The notes: generated by a model from the sequence alone, not told the origin. Counted from the stretch's first letter, positions 40,228 to 52,437 are shown. The stretch is DNA of 64,000 bases from an uncultured Nitrospinota bacterium (GCA_963707985.1 CAVPRW010000027.1:1-64000); one strand, 5' to 3'. Made by a program: numbers and translations.

Positions 40228-41514
40228 ATGATGACCATGGCCATGCAGCGTCGCAACTCGGCGCAGAACTACTACTATTTCGGCCTGCTGCTGGCCGGCG
40301 TTGTCTTCAGCGCGGTGAGCCGGCGTCTTGAACCGCTGCTAGTTGTCTTACCCCTGGTCATCGCTTTACTACATAGCCGATTAACCCAGGATAGGCCCGT
40401 ATTCTCGGTTCGATGTCAGATGACGCCGCTGCGGACGTTCGAAGGGGATCGTGTTTCCGTCGAGCTCACGATACGCGCCGAGACCGACGTGCCGCCGATG
40501 GAAATCTGGCATCTCATCCCTCCCGAAGCGGTTTGCCCTGGGGGACGTCATCGCGTGCTGTTGGCTCTTCGGGAAGGGGAGGAGCGGACCCTGCAACATG
40601 AGGTCATCTTCCCGCGGCGTGGCAAATACGTTCTCGGCCGCCTGTATAGCCGCGTCCACCCCGGCACCGACCTCCAACCATTACTGGCGGAATACCACTA
40701 TGAGCAGGTGTGTCATGTTTATCCGCATGTGGTACCCTTGCCACACCATCTTCCACCGACACATACGCACGGCTCCTTCGGCAACTATGTCTCACGCACG
40801 GCCGGCGACGGGTTGGAATTTGCCGGTATCCGTCCCTATAGCAGCGGCGATCGCATCCGACGCGTGCACTGGCGGGCCTCCCTGACGCGGCAGCAACTCT
40901 ATGTCACCGACTACTATTGTGAACGCAATGCCGATGTGGTGATCCTGCTCGACACCCTGGTGTCGCTTGGCACGCTGCAGGCCAATACCCTGGACGTGGC
41001 GGTGCGTGCCGCGGCATCACTGGCCGCCCATTATCTCTATCACAAGGACCGCGTCGGGTTGATTCATTACGGTGGCGTGTGCACCTGGCTGCCACCGGCA
41101 ACGGGGCAACTCCAATTGTATCGTATTCTGGATGCCCTGCTGGGGACCCAAACGCTGTTTAGTTATCTGACCGCCGACATCGCCCGCATTCCGCCCCGTG
41201 TGCTGCCTCCTGGAGCGCTGATCTTTGTCATTACCACGATGCTCGACACGCGTATCGACGTAGCCCTGCATGATCTGCTCGCCCGTGGGTTTCAATTTGT
41301 GTTACTGATCATCTCGCCCGCGCACGTCATGCCCAGGTCACGCCATCAACGCCACAGCGAAGCCGCGGCCCGCCTGTGGCGTCTGGAAATGGACCTGCGT
41401 CTACGCGAATTGCGGCGCTCCGGAATGCCAGTGGTGATGCAGGATTCCGATGACCCGTTGGCTGGCCTATACTCTGTACTCTCCCGAGGTCGTCTATGGC
41501 GGCGCACAAGCTAG
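40228..41514 (+). CDS. DUF58 domain protein (MoxR partner)
   Basis: R.FEGD, RRGKY, VYP, GDGLEFAGIRPY..GDRIRRVHW.AS, AASLA...DRVGL. Confidence 0.9.
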   Translation: MMTMAMQRRNSAQNYYYFGLLLAGVVFSAVSRRLEPLLVVLPLVIALLHSRLTQDRPVFSVRCQMTPLRTFEGDRVSVELTIRAETDVPPMEIWHLIPPEAVCPGGRHRVLLALREGEERTLQHEVIFPRRGKYVLGRLYSRVHPGTDLQPLLAEYHYEQVCHVYPHVVPLPHHLPPTHTHGSFGNYVSRTAGDGLEFAGIRPYSSGDRIRRVHWRASLTRQQLYVTDYYCERNADVVILLDTLVSLGTLQANTLDVAVRAAASLAAHYLYHKDRVGLIHYGGVCTWLPPATGQLQLYRILDALLGTQTLFSYLTADIARIPPRVLPPGALIFVITTMLDTRIDVALHDLLARGFQFVLLIISPAHVMPRSRHQRHSEAAARLWRLEMDLRLRELRRSGMPVVMQDSDDPLAGLYSVLSRGRLWRRTS

Positions 41515-42035
41515 GACTGGCGTGCTGGCTGGGACTGCTGACCGTGCTCTGGTCCCTGTATCCACTGCTGTTTTCGCAGGCACGCGGAGTCATCGTGCTG
41601 ACGATTTTGACGGGTGGGCTCGGCGCCTTCGGTTGGGTGGCCGGGATGCCGCTTCTGGTGGTATGGAGTGGCGCACTGGGCCTGTTCAATCTCACCTTGA
41701 CCCTGGTGATCACCGCCCAGCCCCCGAATGTGTGGCTGGGGCTGAGTGCCGGGATTACTCTCCTGGCGCTCCTGGATGGTAGTCAGCGCTTCGCCTACCT
41801 CAAGCACTGCCATGTCGAGCCTGGGGTGCTGACGGCCTGGCTGGCCATTTTCATGCGCATCGCTGGACTCTCCCTGGCCGCAGGGATTGCACTGGTCCTG
41901 CTGGTGGTGATTCTCCCCACCCAAGGTGCGATGGCTTCGGGCGCGGGAGTGTTGACCATCATCGGGGCGAGCCTGTTCGTTGGCGTGCTTGCCCTGTTGT
42001 TGCTGTACACCAGTCGCTGGCCCGAGCGGGAATAA
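41496..42035 (+). CDS. Hypothetical multi-pass membrane protein (MoxR operon)
   Basis: Highly hydrophobic. Overlaps the DUF58 stop. Confidence 0.7.
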   Translation: MAAHKLGLACWLGLLTVLWSLYPLLFSQARGVIVLTILTGGLGAFGWVAGMPLLVVWSGALGLFNLTLTLVITAQPPNVWLGLSAGITLLALLDGSQRFAYLKHCHVEPGVLTAWLAIFMRIAGLSLAAGIALVLLVVILPTQGAMASGAGVLTIIGASLFVGVLALLLLYTSRWPERE

Positions 42036-42065
42036 CACCTTGCTGCCAATCACAGGCGCCTCCTC

Positions 42066-43442
42066 ATGTACGCACTGCGTAGCCTGCATATGTTGAGTCT
42101 CCCCATCCTGCGCACACACCTGGCGCAACGCTGTCCCTTTTATTATGGCTGGGTCGTCTTCGCCATCGCGGCCAGTACGAGCTATGCTGCCCGCCCCCTG
42201 ATGTCGGTAGCGGTCCTGTCGGTGTTCATGGTCCCCATGACTGATGCTTTCGGGTGGTCCCGCGGACTATTCTCCGGGGCCGTCAGCCTTGGCGGAGTTT
42301 GTGCCGTGGTCATTTCCCCCCTTGTCGGCCGCCTGATCGATCGATACGGCTCAGGCTTGATGATCAGCGTCACTTCGGCAGTGGCTGGGGCCTGCGCTGT
42401 CGGGCTGTCCGCCGTCAGCCAGACATGGGCCTTCTACACCGTGTACGTGCCTGGGCGGATGGTCTTTGCCAGCCCACTGGAGTTGGCCACCTCGACAGCC
42501 ATTAGCAACTGGTTCATCCGCCGCCGGTCCTTTGCCCTGGCGCTCCTAGGGGTGACACAGGGCACGGGCCTGGCCCTGATGCCCTTTGTCGCTCAGCAGT
42601 TGATCACCGCCAGGGGATGGCGCAGTGCCTGGACGCTCTTGGGGTTGTTCACCATGGCTACCGGAATTATCCCGGCAATCTTGCTGATGGCCCGTCGGCC
42701 GGAGGACATGAACCTGGAGCCGGACCCATCCTCCATGGCAGCGCGGCAGCCTGAAGCCGTGACGCGGCAGCATCCTCCAGATGGCCGCACTGCGTCGGTC
42801 GTTCACCCCAGCCCTGAGCGCCAGTTCACGCTGAGTGAGGCGCTCCATACGCGGGCGTTTTGGATACTGGCGGTGTTCTCCGCGACGGGATTCCTGGTCC
42901 AGGGCGGGGTGAGCCTACACCAGGTGGGTCACTACATTCGCCAGGGGCTTCCCGGTCCATTGGCCGCCATCATGGCCAGCGTTTTCGCCCTGGCCCAGGT
43001 GCCTGGTGGGCTACTGTGGTCAGCCACCACACGACGTATTCCCGTGCGCTTCGTGCTGGCCATCTCGGGTATCTGTGTGGCTCTGGGAGCTATGGGAACC
43101 GCCCTTTCCGGTACACTACCGTGGGGGATTCTGTCATCTGCCGTCATTGGCAGTGGCGTCGGGGGGTTGCATCTGCTCCTCCGGCTCGCCTGGGCCGATT
43201 ACTACGGCCGCCAACACCTTGGCACCATCCGCGGCATCACCCTACCAGTACAACTTGGTGGCCAGGCCGTAGGGCCGGTCACTGCCGGCTTTGTGTTCGA
43301 CGCCACCGGCAGCTATGAAATGGTGTTTCTTTTCTTCGCCGGAGTCGTGGCCTTAGGCAGTCTGCTCGTGTTGGCGGCTAATCCGCCCAGAGGCGCCGAC
43401 AGGCCAATGACCGCAGAAGCTGAACGCAATACCCTAGGATAG
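42066..43442 (+). CDS. MFS transporter
   Basis: FYYGWVV, FGWSR, GRLIDRYG, WFIRRR, ADYYGR, GFVFDATGSY. ~12 TMs. Confidence 0.92.
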   Translation: MYALRSLHMLSLPILRTHLAQRCPFYYGWVVFAIAASTSYAARPLMSVAVLSVFMVPMTDAFGWSRGLFSGAVSLGGVCAVVISPLVGRLIDRYGSGLMISVTSAVAGACAVGLSAVSQTWAFYTVYVPGRMVFASPLELATSTAISNWFIRRRSFALALLGVTQGTGLALMPFVAQQLITARGWRSAWTLLGLFTMATGIIPAILLMARRPEDMNLEPDPSSMAARQPEAVTRQHPPDGRTASVVHPSPERQFTLSEALHTRAFWILAVFSATGFLVQGGVSLHQVGHYIRQGLPGPLAAIMASVFALAQVPGGLLWSATTRRIPVRFVLAISGICVALGAMGTALSGTLPWGILSSAVIGSGVGGLHLLLRLAWADYYGRQHLGTIRGITLPVQLGGQAVGPVTAGFVFDATGSYEMVFLFFAGVVALGSLLVLAANPPRGADRPMTAEAERNTLG

Positions 43443-43511
43443 GAGAGGATGCCCTGACGGATTTACGCATCGTGTGCAATACTCACACGACAACGCACGT
43501 CAGTCAAAGGT

Positions 43512-45083
43512 GTGTCAGAGAACTTGATGATGACTAAAACTGTCACCGACGTCGCCATCATTGGCGCTGGTCATAATGGGTTAGTCGCTGCGGTTATGCT
43601 CGCCAGGCATGGACTGACCGTGAGCGTGTTCGAGGAGCAAGCGACGATCGGCGGAGCCGCCAAAACGGAGTATCCTTTTGGCAAAGCCCCAACGCTCGGC
43701 GCCTCGTCGGGGGCCTATCTATTCGGCCTCATGCCACCAGAGCTCATCGCCAAGTTACAGGCGAAATTTTCCCTCATCCGCCGCGATCCGCATTACTTCT
43801 TGCCCACCACTGATGCTCGCTACCTGCTGTTCGGCTCGGATGTCCAGGCACTGCGCCAGCAATTTCTCACCTTCTTCTCTGAACGGGATTGGCACGCTCA
43901 CCAAGCACTGACTCGAGAAATCGCTCAGATCCGAGACGATCTGGCTCCCAGTTGGCTGGAAGAGCCGCTCTCAGTCAATGACACCGCGGCAAAATATCTC
44001 CGCCCGTCTTTGCGTGAAACGTTCATCGATCTGGTCACCCATCCTGTGGAGCACTATCTGGCGAGGTTTGATTTCGCCAGCGAGCTCCTGGTCGCCATGT
44101 ATGCCGTGACCGATGGCTTCCCCGGCTTGCATGGCAGCTTCGGGACCCCAGCCTCGGGGATGAATTTTTTGGTGCATAACATGTGTCGCTTGCCAGGCTC
44201 GGATGGCACGTGGATGATCGCGACAGGCGGCATGGGTAGCATCACCAAAGAGCTGGCACGCTTGGCCACAGAAGCCGGTGTCAGGATATGGCCCGGCTCT
44301 GGCGTGCAGCACATTATAACCAAGGGTGAACAGGTCGCCGGTGTGGTGTTGACGGACGGCCGTGAGATCGACGTCAATGTTGTGCTCAGCAACGCCGACC
44401 CATTCCGCATGCGTACGCTGGTGGGCCGAGAGAAGTTTCCGCCAGCGTTCAACGCCAAGCTGGACAACTTCCAACGCACTGGCTCCACCTTAAAAGTGAA
44501 TCTTGCCCTGGACAGATTACCGACGTTTCAGTGTTTACCCACAAATTGTGGCCAGCATCACGCCACCATTCATCTGCTGCCGCAAGCACAAGATGTGATC
44601 AGCCATATCCGCAAAGGCTTCGAACAAATGCAAGCCGGTGAGCTGGCTGACTTCCCTCCCATCGAGTGCTACATACATACGCCAGCGGATCCGAGCCTAC
44701 AGGACGAACAGGGCCGACACAGCGCCGCGTTTTTTGTCCAGTGGGTACCGTATGAGCTCAACAACAAGCGCTGGGAGGATGAAGAGGGGCGCTACGTCAA
44801 GCATCTGCTGAGCATCGCGGACCAATTTGCGCCTGGATTCAGCACTAGTGTGGTGGATGTCTTCACCTTGACGCCCAAGAAGATCGAGACACATTTCGGC
44901 ATCAGCTATGGTCATATCCATCATGTCGACAACACCTTCGGCTTTGACCAACGAATGCCCTATGCCACACCCATCGCCGGGCTGTATTCCTGCAGCGCCG
45001 GATGTCACCCGGCAGGTTCGGTGATCGGCGCAGCCGGCCATAATGCTGCAATGCGAGTCCTCAAAGACTTAGCTCGACTTTAG
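43512..45083 (+). CDS. Phytoene dehydrogenase-like FAD-dependent oxidoreductase
   Basis: IIGAGHNGLVAA, IGGAA, GGMGSI, TPIAGLYSCSAGCHPAGSVIGAAGHNAA. Confidence 0.9.
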   Translation: MSENLMMTKTVTDVAIIGAGHNGLVAAVMLARHGLTVSVFEEQATIGGAAKTEYPFGKAPTLGASSGAYLFGLMPPELIAKLQAKFSLIRRDPHYFLPTTDARYLLFGSDVQALRQQFLTFFSERDWHAHQALTREIAQIRDDLAPSWLEEPLSVNDTAAKYLRPSLRETFIDLVTHPVEHYLARFDFASELLVAMYAVTDGFPGLHGSFGTPASGMNFLVHNMCRLPGSDGTWMIATGGMGSITKELARLATEAGVRIWPGSGVQHIITKGEQVAGVVLTDGREIDVNVVLSNADPFRMRTLVGREKFPPAFNAKLDNFQRTGSTLKVNLALDRLPTFQCLPTNCGQHHATIHLLPQAQDVISHIRKGFEQMQAGELADFPPIECYIHTPADPSLQDEQGRHSAAFFVQWVPYELNNKRWEDEEGRYVKHLLSIADQFAPGFSTSVVDVFTLTPKKIETHFGISYGHIHHVDNTFGFDQRMPYATPIAGLYSCSAGCHPAGSVIGAAGHNAAMRVLKDLARL

Positions 45084-45369
45084 CCATTGCCGTAGGTCAT
45101 AAGAGCCTTGGCGTACAATTCATTGCTAACTTTTGGCGCGTTACGGATTTGACGCGACATTGAAAAACTCAGGCGACACAGCAGTCCCAGCTCTTTCGGT
45201 TCGCCACTTGTAGTCCAAATGGATCACGATGCGATAGCCATCTGTCGTATGGGTGTATGGGAGACGAACACATGTCCCCTGAAGGAGTCATTCACCGTCC
45301 GAAGAGGCGGCTTCACTTTCCCTGGCGCAAGAAACATGCGATGCTCGTTAGGGACGCGCAAACATTTTG

Positions 45370-45397
45370 TTGACATGTGCTGACATTATGGTATAAG
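45370..45397 (+). promoter_or_regulatory. Candidate sigma70 promoter
   Basis: TTGACA-N16-TATAAG with TG extension. Confidence 0.45.
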
Positions 45398-46069
45398 GGG
45401 AGACATTGATGCGCTTCCCCACTCCTCAGTTGCTCGCTGCCGCTGATCTTGAGGCTGCAATAGCTACGGAGCTTGTTCATGCGGAAACGACACGCAAGTC
45501 TCTTCCCCTCCTCCGAACGTCCTGCCCTGCCGGTGCTCCCGGCCCGATCGCGCTCCCTTGCGCGCCCCAACTGCTGAATCAGTGCACCTCGCTTTGTAGA
45601 AACCATCTCGCACGTCGAACATCCCTCGGTCCGCTGCGCCTCTTCCCCTCGATGTGTTGATCCCCCCAGAATTCAAGGCCGCAGTTTGCCCGTGGGTTCC
45701 CGTATGGCTTGCGCGCGATCCGCTAGGAGTCTGTATAGGCACGCGCGATGAGACAAGAGAGGAGGTGGACGAGCAGTCATCCCACATGATCCCTGTAGTG
45801 CGCGTATATAGACGATCGGGCCTGGAACCTTGCACGCATGTACGAGTCCCCAAGCCCGACCTCCGAGGAAGACGCGGTGGAAGGCGCCCCCTCTGGCGTG
45901 CCGGCTTTGCCCCTGACTGCCCCTGGGTAGCCGCCCAGGAGCGCAAGGAACCCGCGGTCGTGGACGATCACGGGAAGGCCGGTATTTCTTATTGTAGAGG
46001 TCTGTCGACTTCTGTCAATGGGACGCCGCTGAAGGGAACCCTCCACCCACAGACCAGAGGAGTATCTTC

Positions 46070-47253
46070 ATGCGGCCCAGTCGACGACCGCAGTTCCTAC
46101 CCCGCATTGTGGCCATTGCCATCACCCTCTTGAGTCTTCTCATCGGCGGGGAGGCCCTGAGCTTGGCGGCCTCTGTCCAGGTGAGTTGGCAGGCCCCCAC
46201 CACCAATGCAAATGGCAAGCACACTGACCGACCTGGCCGGCTACCGGGTATACTACGGCACCAGTGCCGGGCAGTATAGTACAACTCTGCCGGCGGGCAT
46301 GGCCACGCAAGTGGTGATTGCCGGGTTGGCGGAGGGGCAAACCTACTATATCACCGTCACCGCCTATGATACGTCCGGGAACGAAAGTGCCCCTGCCACC
46401 GAAGTGCACTATACCATCCCGACAGCTCCAGGGGATACGACCGCGCCGACGGTGAGCGGTAGCTCTGTCGCAAACCTCGCGACCAACGTGGACCCCAACA
46501 CGACCCCCACCGTGACGTTCAGCGAGGCGATGGATGCCAGCACGCTCAACGCCACCACGGTTCAGCTGCGAGACCCCTCAGGTGCCCTGATCGCCGCATC
46601 AGTGACCTACAACGCCGCTACGAAGACCGTTTCCCTTGATCCGGCGAGTGCGCTGAGCGGCCAATACCGCCTATACCTTGACGATCATCGGCGCCAAGGA
46701 TCAGGGCGGCAACGCCTTGGCCAATTTCTCGCTGCGCTTTACGACGGCGTCTGCGCCACCCCCTGCCTGTCCTTGTAGTCTCTGGGCTTCCACGGATCTC
46801 CCACAGGTGGCCGCGGTGTCCGACACGCGGGCACTGGAACTAGGCCTCAAGTTCCGAGCCACGGTGGCCGGCACGATCACGGGGGTGCGCTTCTACAAGG
46901 GAGCGGGGAATACTGGCACGCATCAGGCGAAGCTCTGGAGTCGTACCGGCACGTTGCTCAGAAGCGTAACGTTTAGCGGAGAAACCAGCACGGGTTGGCA
47001 GCAGATGATGTTTTCGAGCCCCGTGGCCATCCAAGCGAATACGACGTATGTCATCTCCTACTTCGCTCCCAACGGTCATAACGCGACGACTGAGAACTAC
47101 TTTAGTACCGCGCGTACCAAGGGTCCCCTGATTGGATTAGCCGATGGAACCGATGGCCCCAATGGCGTGTATCATATCGGGAGTAGTGCGTTTCCGACCG
47201 ATACTTGGCATCAGAATAGCTATTGGGTTGATGTCATTTTTATGCCCAACTAG
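46070..47253 (+). CDS. Secreted FN3 + Ig-like (Big_5) + DUF4082 protein (frameshifts ~46220 and ~46660)
   Basis: SWQAPTTN..LTDLAGYRVYYG..YYITVTAYD.SGNES; DTTAPTV..TFSEAMD; ELGLKFR...GVRFYKG...NSYWVDVIF. Confidence 0.8.
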
Positions 47254-47582
47254 GATAGGTTAAATGAACCAATACATGTGGTCGAGCACATCGCCGCGCT
47301 CTTCATCGGCATGAATGGCGAAGTCGTCGGGGGTATCGCCACACTGGTAACCGAGAGAAATCCTGCACCTTTGACACCCCTCGGATGATGCGGGAAGCCT
47401 GACAAGTGGAGGTGGCCGGTGTCTCGAGTGCCCATAATCAGAGAAGTCCTAGGCGTCCCGCCGATGCCTGTGGGGACGTGCGCGTGAGCAGCGCGACAGC
47501 CTATAATGGGGGCCTCTCGGGCGTGACAAACGGGGGATCTTGAGCGCGCGTGCCCACCGGCACACGGCGCAACGGAGGCATT

Positions 47583-48980
47583 ATGACGCGAGTGTCCGCA
47601 CCAATCGCAGAAGTCAAACGCACGGTCTCAGCCCAGTCCCACAGCGCCCTCACCCGTGCCTGGGGGACGGCTGTCGTGGGCACCCTCACCATCCTCGGAA
47701 TCATAGGGCTGGCCCAGGCCCAGCCCACCGGTAATCCGTGTAGCGCCGCTCCGGCTCTTTCCATGACCGGCACACGCAAGGTGGACGTCACGACGGAGCC
47801 AGCATTGCAAAGCGCCGTGGCCAATGCCCAGAATGGCGATACCCTGCTGATTGCCGACGGCACCTACAAACTGACCAATACGCTGTATTTGAATGGAAAG
47901 CACAATGTCACCATTCGGGGAACGTCGGGCTGCGACGGTGTGGTGCTGGTCGGGACGGGCATGGACAACCCCGACCATGGGAATGTCTTGGTTGGTATCT
48001 GGTCTAATTCATTGAATACGACCATTGCCCACCTGACCATTCGCGACACATATGACAACGCTATTGCCTTTAACTCCGGCGCTCGGGCCCCCCATGTTTA
48101 CAGTGTGAAGCTGCTCAACGCCGGCTCCCAGTTCGTGAAGTCCAACCCCACGGACGGTCCCAACGGCATTGGCGTGGATAACGGCATCCTAGAATACTCC
48201 TGGATGGAGTACACGGCCGGGCCACCCGCTACCAACCATGGGGCAGGCGTCGGCTATACCAACGGCATCAGCGCCCATGCCGTGGACAACTGGAGCATCC
48301 GCAACAACCTGTTCAAGAACTTCCATACCCCTGACACGGCGGCCTACCTGTGGAACCCAGCGGTGCTCATCTGGAACCACTCCAGCAATGTCCTCACTGA
48401 AGGCAATGTCTTTATCAATGTGGACCGTGCCGTGGCCTACGGGCTGCAGGATACTACGGGCACCGATAATCAGGGAGGAACGATCCGCAATAACTTTGTC
48501 TACATGGCTCCGGGCCTGTACAGTGCCAGCCGCAAAGCCGGATCTGACGGCACTATCATTGTGAACGATTCCCCCAACACGAAGGTCTACCACAACACCA
48601 TCCTTACCAATGGCAATCTCCATGAATCAATTGAATTCCGCTTTGCCTCCACCACGGGTGGCGAGGCACGCAACAACCTTACTGACGCCCCCATCAACCT
48701 CTCACGCAATGGAGCCAGTGCAGTCCAGAGCGGCAATTACGTGGCCGCCATCCCCAGCATGTTCGTGAACCCGAACGCCGCAGATCTACACCTTTTGTCA
48801 ACTGCCACGCAAGCCATTGATAAAGCTCCAACCCTGCCCGCCGTAACCACTGACATCGACGGCAATTCCCGGCCATTGGGGGCTGGCGCTGATATTGGTG
48901 CCGATGAATTTACCCCCACGGGCGGAGGAGATACCACCCCTCCCGCCCGACCCACTGGCCTCACCATCACCCCCCAGTAA
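47583..48980 (+). CDS. Secreted right-handed beta-helix (pectin-lyase-like) protein
   Basis: Signal-like segment, LQSAV..A..GDTLLIADGTY, repeated IRNN/YHNT, C-terminal DLHL...AID...DIDG..RP..ADIGADE. Confidence 0.8.
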   Translation: MTRVSAPIAEVKRTVSAQSHSALTRAWGTAVVGTLTILGIIGLAQAQPTGNPCSAAPALSMTGTRKVDVTTEPALQSAVANAQNGDTLLIADGTYKLTNTLYLNGKHNVTIRGTSGCDGVVLVGTGMDNPDHGNVLVGIWSNSLNTTIAHLTIRDTYDNAIAFNSGARAPHVYSVKLLNAGSQFVKSNPTDGPNGIGVDNGILEYSWMEYTAGPPATNHGAGVGYTNGISAHAVDNWSIRNNLFKNFHTPDTAAYLWNPAVLIWNHSSNVLTEGNVFINVDRAVAYGLQDTTGTDNQGGTIRNNFVYMAPGLYSASRKAGSDGTIIVNDSPNTKVYHNTILTNGNLHESIEFRFASTTGGEARNNLTDAPINLSRNGASAVQSGNYVAAIPSMFVNPNAADLHLLSTATQAIDKAPTLPAVTTDIDGNSRPLGAGADIGADEFTPTGGGDTTPPARPTGLTITPQ

Positions 48981-49151
48981 GTGGTCGGGTAGGCGCGATA
49001 CGTCGAGGTGTCACGCATCCCTCAGAACTGGGCAGGCGGTGGGGTACGCCGCCAGAAGGGTCGCCTATGGCCCTTTTCCCACCGCCACCAATGTTTGGAA
49101 CGCGTCTGATCCATCATTGGTGCCCATGCCAGATGATTTTCGTGGTTGTAC

Positions 49152-51865
49152 TTAGGCGGTTTCGTGTGGAATCCAGCGGCGGAGCATCGCGGCCAGGTCA
49201 TCGACTTTCACCGGCTTGGAGATATAATCATCCATCCCCGCCGCAAGAACTCTCTCACGGTCTCCCTGCATGGCGTTTGCCGTCATGGCGATGATCGGTG
49301 TGTGACGGGCAGAGCCCTCGCGTTGCCGGATGGCCATTGTGGCCTCGAAACCATCCATGTCAGGCATCTGACAGTCCATCAATACGGCGGCATACGCTGT
49401 CCGCGTCACAGCTTCGACGACCTCGTTCCCGTTGGCCGCGACATCGGCCTTGTACCCTAACTTTTCCAGGAGCCGCACCGCCACCTTCTGATTGATCAGG
49501 TTATCCTCAGCAACCAGAATCCTCAGCTGGAGCTGGGCTTTCACCTGCGCTAACCGGTAGCGGTCGATCAACGGTTGTGTGATCCGGGATGAAACGCCAA
49601 CTGCCGCCGTCGACATCCCTTTGACTAGGATGAGGCAGTCGAAGAGGTGTGACTGCCGCACGGGCTTGGTGAGGTAGGCGGCAATGCCCGCCCGCTGTAC
49701 CAGCTCCTCGTGGCCGCGTTGGGTGATGGAGGTCAGCATGACGAGGGGGAGTGCCGCCAGCGCTGGATCAGCCTTGATCGTGCGGGCCAACTCGAGACCG
49801 TCCATGCCGGGCATCTGCATATCCAACAAGGCAAGGTCGTAAGGTGTCTCCTGCCTCGCAGCGGCGCGGAGCATTTCCAGCGCAAGTTGACCATTGGCGG
49901 CGCCATCGGCACTTATACCCCACGCCGCCACCTGGTGCTGCAGAATCATACGATTCGTGGCGTTGTCATCGACAATCAGCAATCGTTGTCCCTTGAGATC
50001 GATATCCCCCGGCAGCATTGTCTGGACACTGCCGGGGACCGTTGCCAGTCGCACCGTGAACCAAAAGGTACTCCCCTGACCAGGGGTGCTGTCGACTCCG
50101 ATGCTGCCGCCCATCATCTCGGCGAGTTGTTTGGCAATCGCGAGCCCGAGGCCGGTACCACCATACTGGCGTGTGGTCGAGCTATCCGCTTGAGAAAATG
50201 ATTGGAACAATCGTGCGCGTGTTTCGGGAGCGATGCCAGCACCAGTGTCGCTGACTTCAAAACGCACGAGTACCGTGTCCACCTTTGCTTCGGCCAGACT
50301 GACCCGCACGATGACTTCTCCCTGTTCCGTGAATTTAATGGCGTTGCCCACCAGGTTCATCAGGATTTGACGCAGCCGGCCGGGGTCGCCCCTCAGCAGT
50401 GTGGGGACATCGTGGTAGACTAGACAGGCTAGCTCCAAACCCTTACTGTCGGCCCGTTCGGCCAGCAAGACAGCGACCTCTTCGATGACGGTGCGCAGAT
50501 CGAATTCGAGGGACTCAAGATCTAATTTGCCGGCTTCGATTTTCGAGAAATCGAGGATGTCATTGATAATGGTCAATAACGACTCGCCTGAGCGACGCAC
50601 CGCCTCACCATACTCGCGCTGCTCTTGAGTAAGCTCGGTATCCAGCAGCAAGCCGGTCATGCCGATCACGCCGTTCATGGGGGTGCGGATTTCATGGCTC
50701 ATGTTGGCCAGGAACTCGCTCTTGGCACGATTGGCAGCCTGGGCTTCTTTCAGGAGATGGTCATTTTCTTCTTCGACGCGCTGGCGCTTGTCGATCATGC
50801 GCTGAAACGCCGCGATCAAATCGGCGATTTCTCCGGTCGTCTTGTGCTTGGCCAGGGCCTGCAAGCCCACATCCTTCTGGGTGAGGCGTGCGTCGCTGAC
50901 CCCCATAGGAGGATTGGGCGATACGGCCCGGCGCCTCCGCGATCGCATTCATGACAGAAACCGTCTCTTTCATAGGGGCAAATGCCCGACGTGTATACCA
51001 GTTAAGGCCCACCAACGCGCCGACGACCACGCACGCGACGGCGCCATAGGCAATCCGATTGATGCGGCGTTGCTTAGTATAACTCTCGGTATGGTCGTCG
51101 ACGCTGACGAGCTGGGCTTGAGGTCGTCCAGACGCATCATAGATGGGCGTGCTGAGGACAGAGTAGATCTTGTCGTGCAATTCATAAATCTTAAAAGACT
51201 CGGTATCGAGGGCGGGCAAGTCCGGCTTCAGTTGACTGAGTAAAAGCGCATCCGTGGCATATTCTGCGCCGGCATCCTGCCGCACAATAAAGGCTTCAGC
51301 CCGGCGTTTGCGCTTGAAGTCATTCAAGGCGTCTTGTAGACTGCGAGCAAAAATCCCCGCTCCGATCGGTTTACCCCGCAGATACAGGGGGAAGACGAGA
51401 AGCGCCACCAGCTCTCCATCATCATCTCGTTCAATACCTTGTTTCACCTTGCCTTGCTGAAGGGCTTCAAGCACGAGACCCTTGCTGGTCGACCCCTGTC
51501 GACAGGTCCGGCGCGGAAAATAACACTGCGCCATCCAGCTCTGTCAATTGCAGCTTGGTGAGGACAGATGCGGCACTCAGACGGTTGTAGGTTGGCATGG
51601 CGTTGGCCGCCAACCTGCTGGGATCATGGTCGTAAAGGGCTTGCAATGCCCCTTCGTTCCTGGTGAGCCCGGAAATGCTAGCGGTCATAAGCTCCAGCTG
51701 ACCGGAGACAATCTCGTGCCAGAGCACATCCTGCCTGGAAATGGTGGCGTGGCGAAACCGTTCTTCAACACTGTTCTGGGCCATCCAGCCCAGCCCAATC
51801 AGCGACCCCACAACCACCAGGAGGGTCGACATCACGACGAAAATCAAACGTGTCTGCAATGTCAC
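49152..51865 (-). CDS. Hybrid sensor histidine kinase (Cache-like periplasmic domain, HisKA, HATPase, two REC domains); frameshifts ~51500 and ~50920
   Basis: [58 protein letters not shown]. Two TMs in the upstream frames. Confidence 0.9.
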
Positions 51866-51892
51866 GGTAACCCCACCTCTCGAAACATAGCC

Positions 51893-52312
51893 CTATTCGA
51901 CAGGATAACCTGCCGCCTGCCAGTCAGGGAACCCAAGGCGATAGTAGAACACGCGGGTAAACCCCCACCTGACAGCAGAAGCAGCTGCCTGAGAACTGCG
52001 TGGGCATTTTGTCCCATTACAGTACATCACCACTTCCTGGTCCGGTCGTGCCACGGCACGTAGGGACTCTTCGTTCAGCCCTTTGTCTAACTCCAGATGG
52101 ATAGCACCAGGTATGCGTCCAGCCTCCCAATCAGCCTCGTTCCGCACATCGACGAAAATCGCGCTGCCGTCAAAAAGGGTCTTTGCCCGAGCCGTATCAA
52201 TAGTAATCGCCCCTGGCACAGTCTCCGGGGACACATATTCGGCCCCGGCTCTGGCATGCGGCGTCATGAACATCATGAACAGGATCCATCCCAACACCAG
52301 ACTATCGGACAT
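51893..52312 (-). CDS. Exported rhodanese-like domain protein
   Basis: Signal peptide, FVDVR...GRIPGA, YCNG.KC.RS, GFPDW.AAGYPVE. Confidence 0.85.
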   Translation of the reverse strand: MSDSLVLGWILFMMFMTPHARAGAEYVSPETVPGAITIDTARAKTLFDGSAIFVDVRNEADWEAGRIPGAIHLELDKGLNEESLRAVARPDQEVVMYCNGTKCPRSSQAAASAVRWGFTRVFYYRLGFPDWQAAGYPVE

Positions 52313-52437
52313 GGCACACCTCCTACGGACGGCGAGGGTCCGTCACCCTCTTCGCAAGTCGTCACAATCCGCACGAGCCCTACGTAAACCCTACTAGCCT
52401 AGGAAGGTATTCCTCCTAGGCCAGGTAGGGGATGGCA

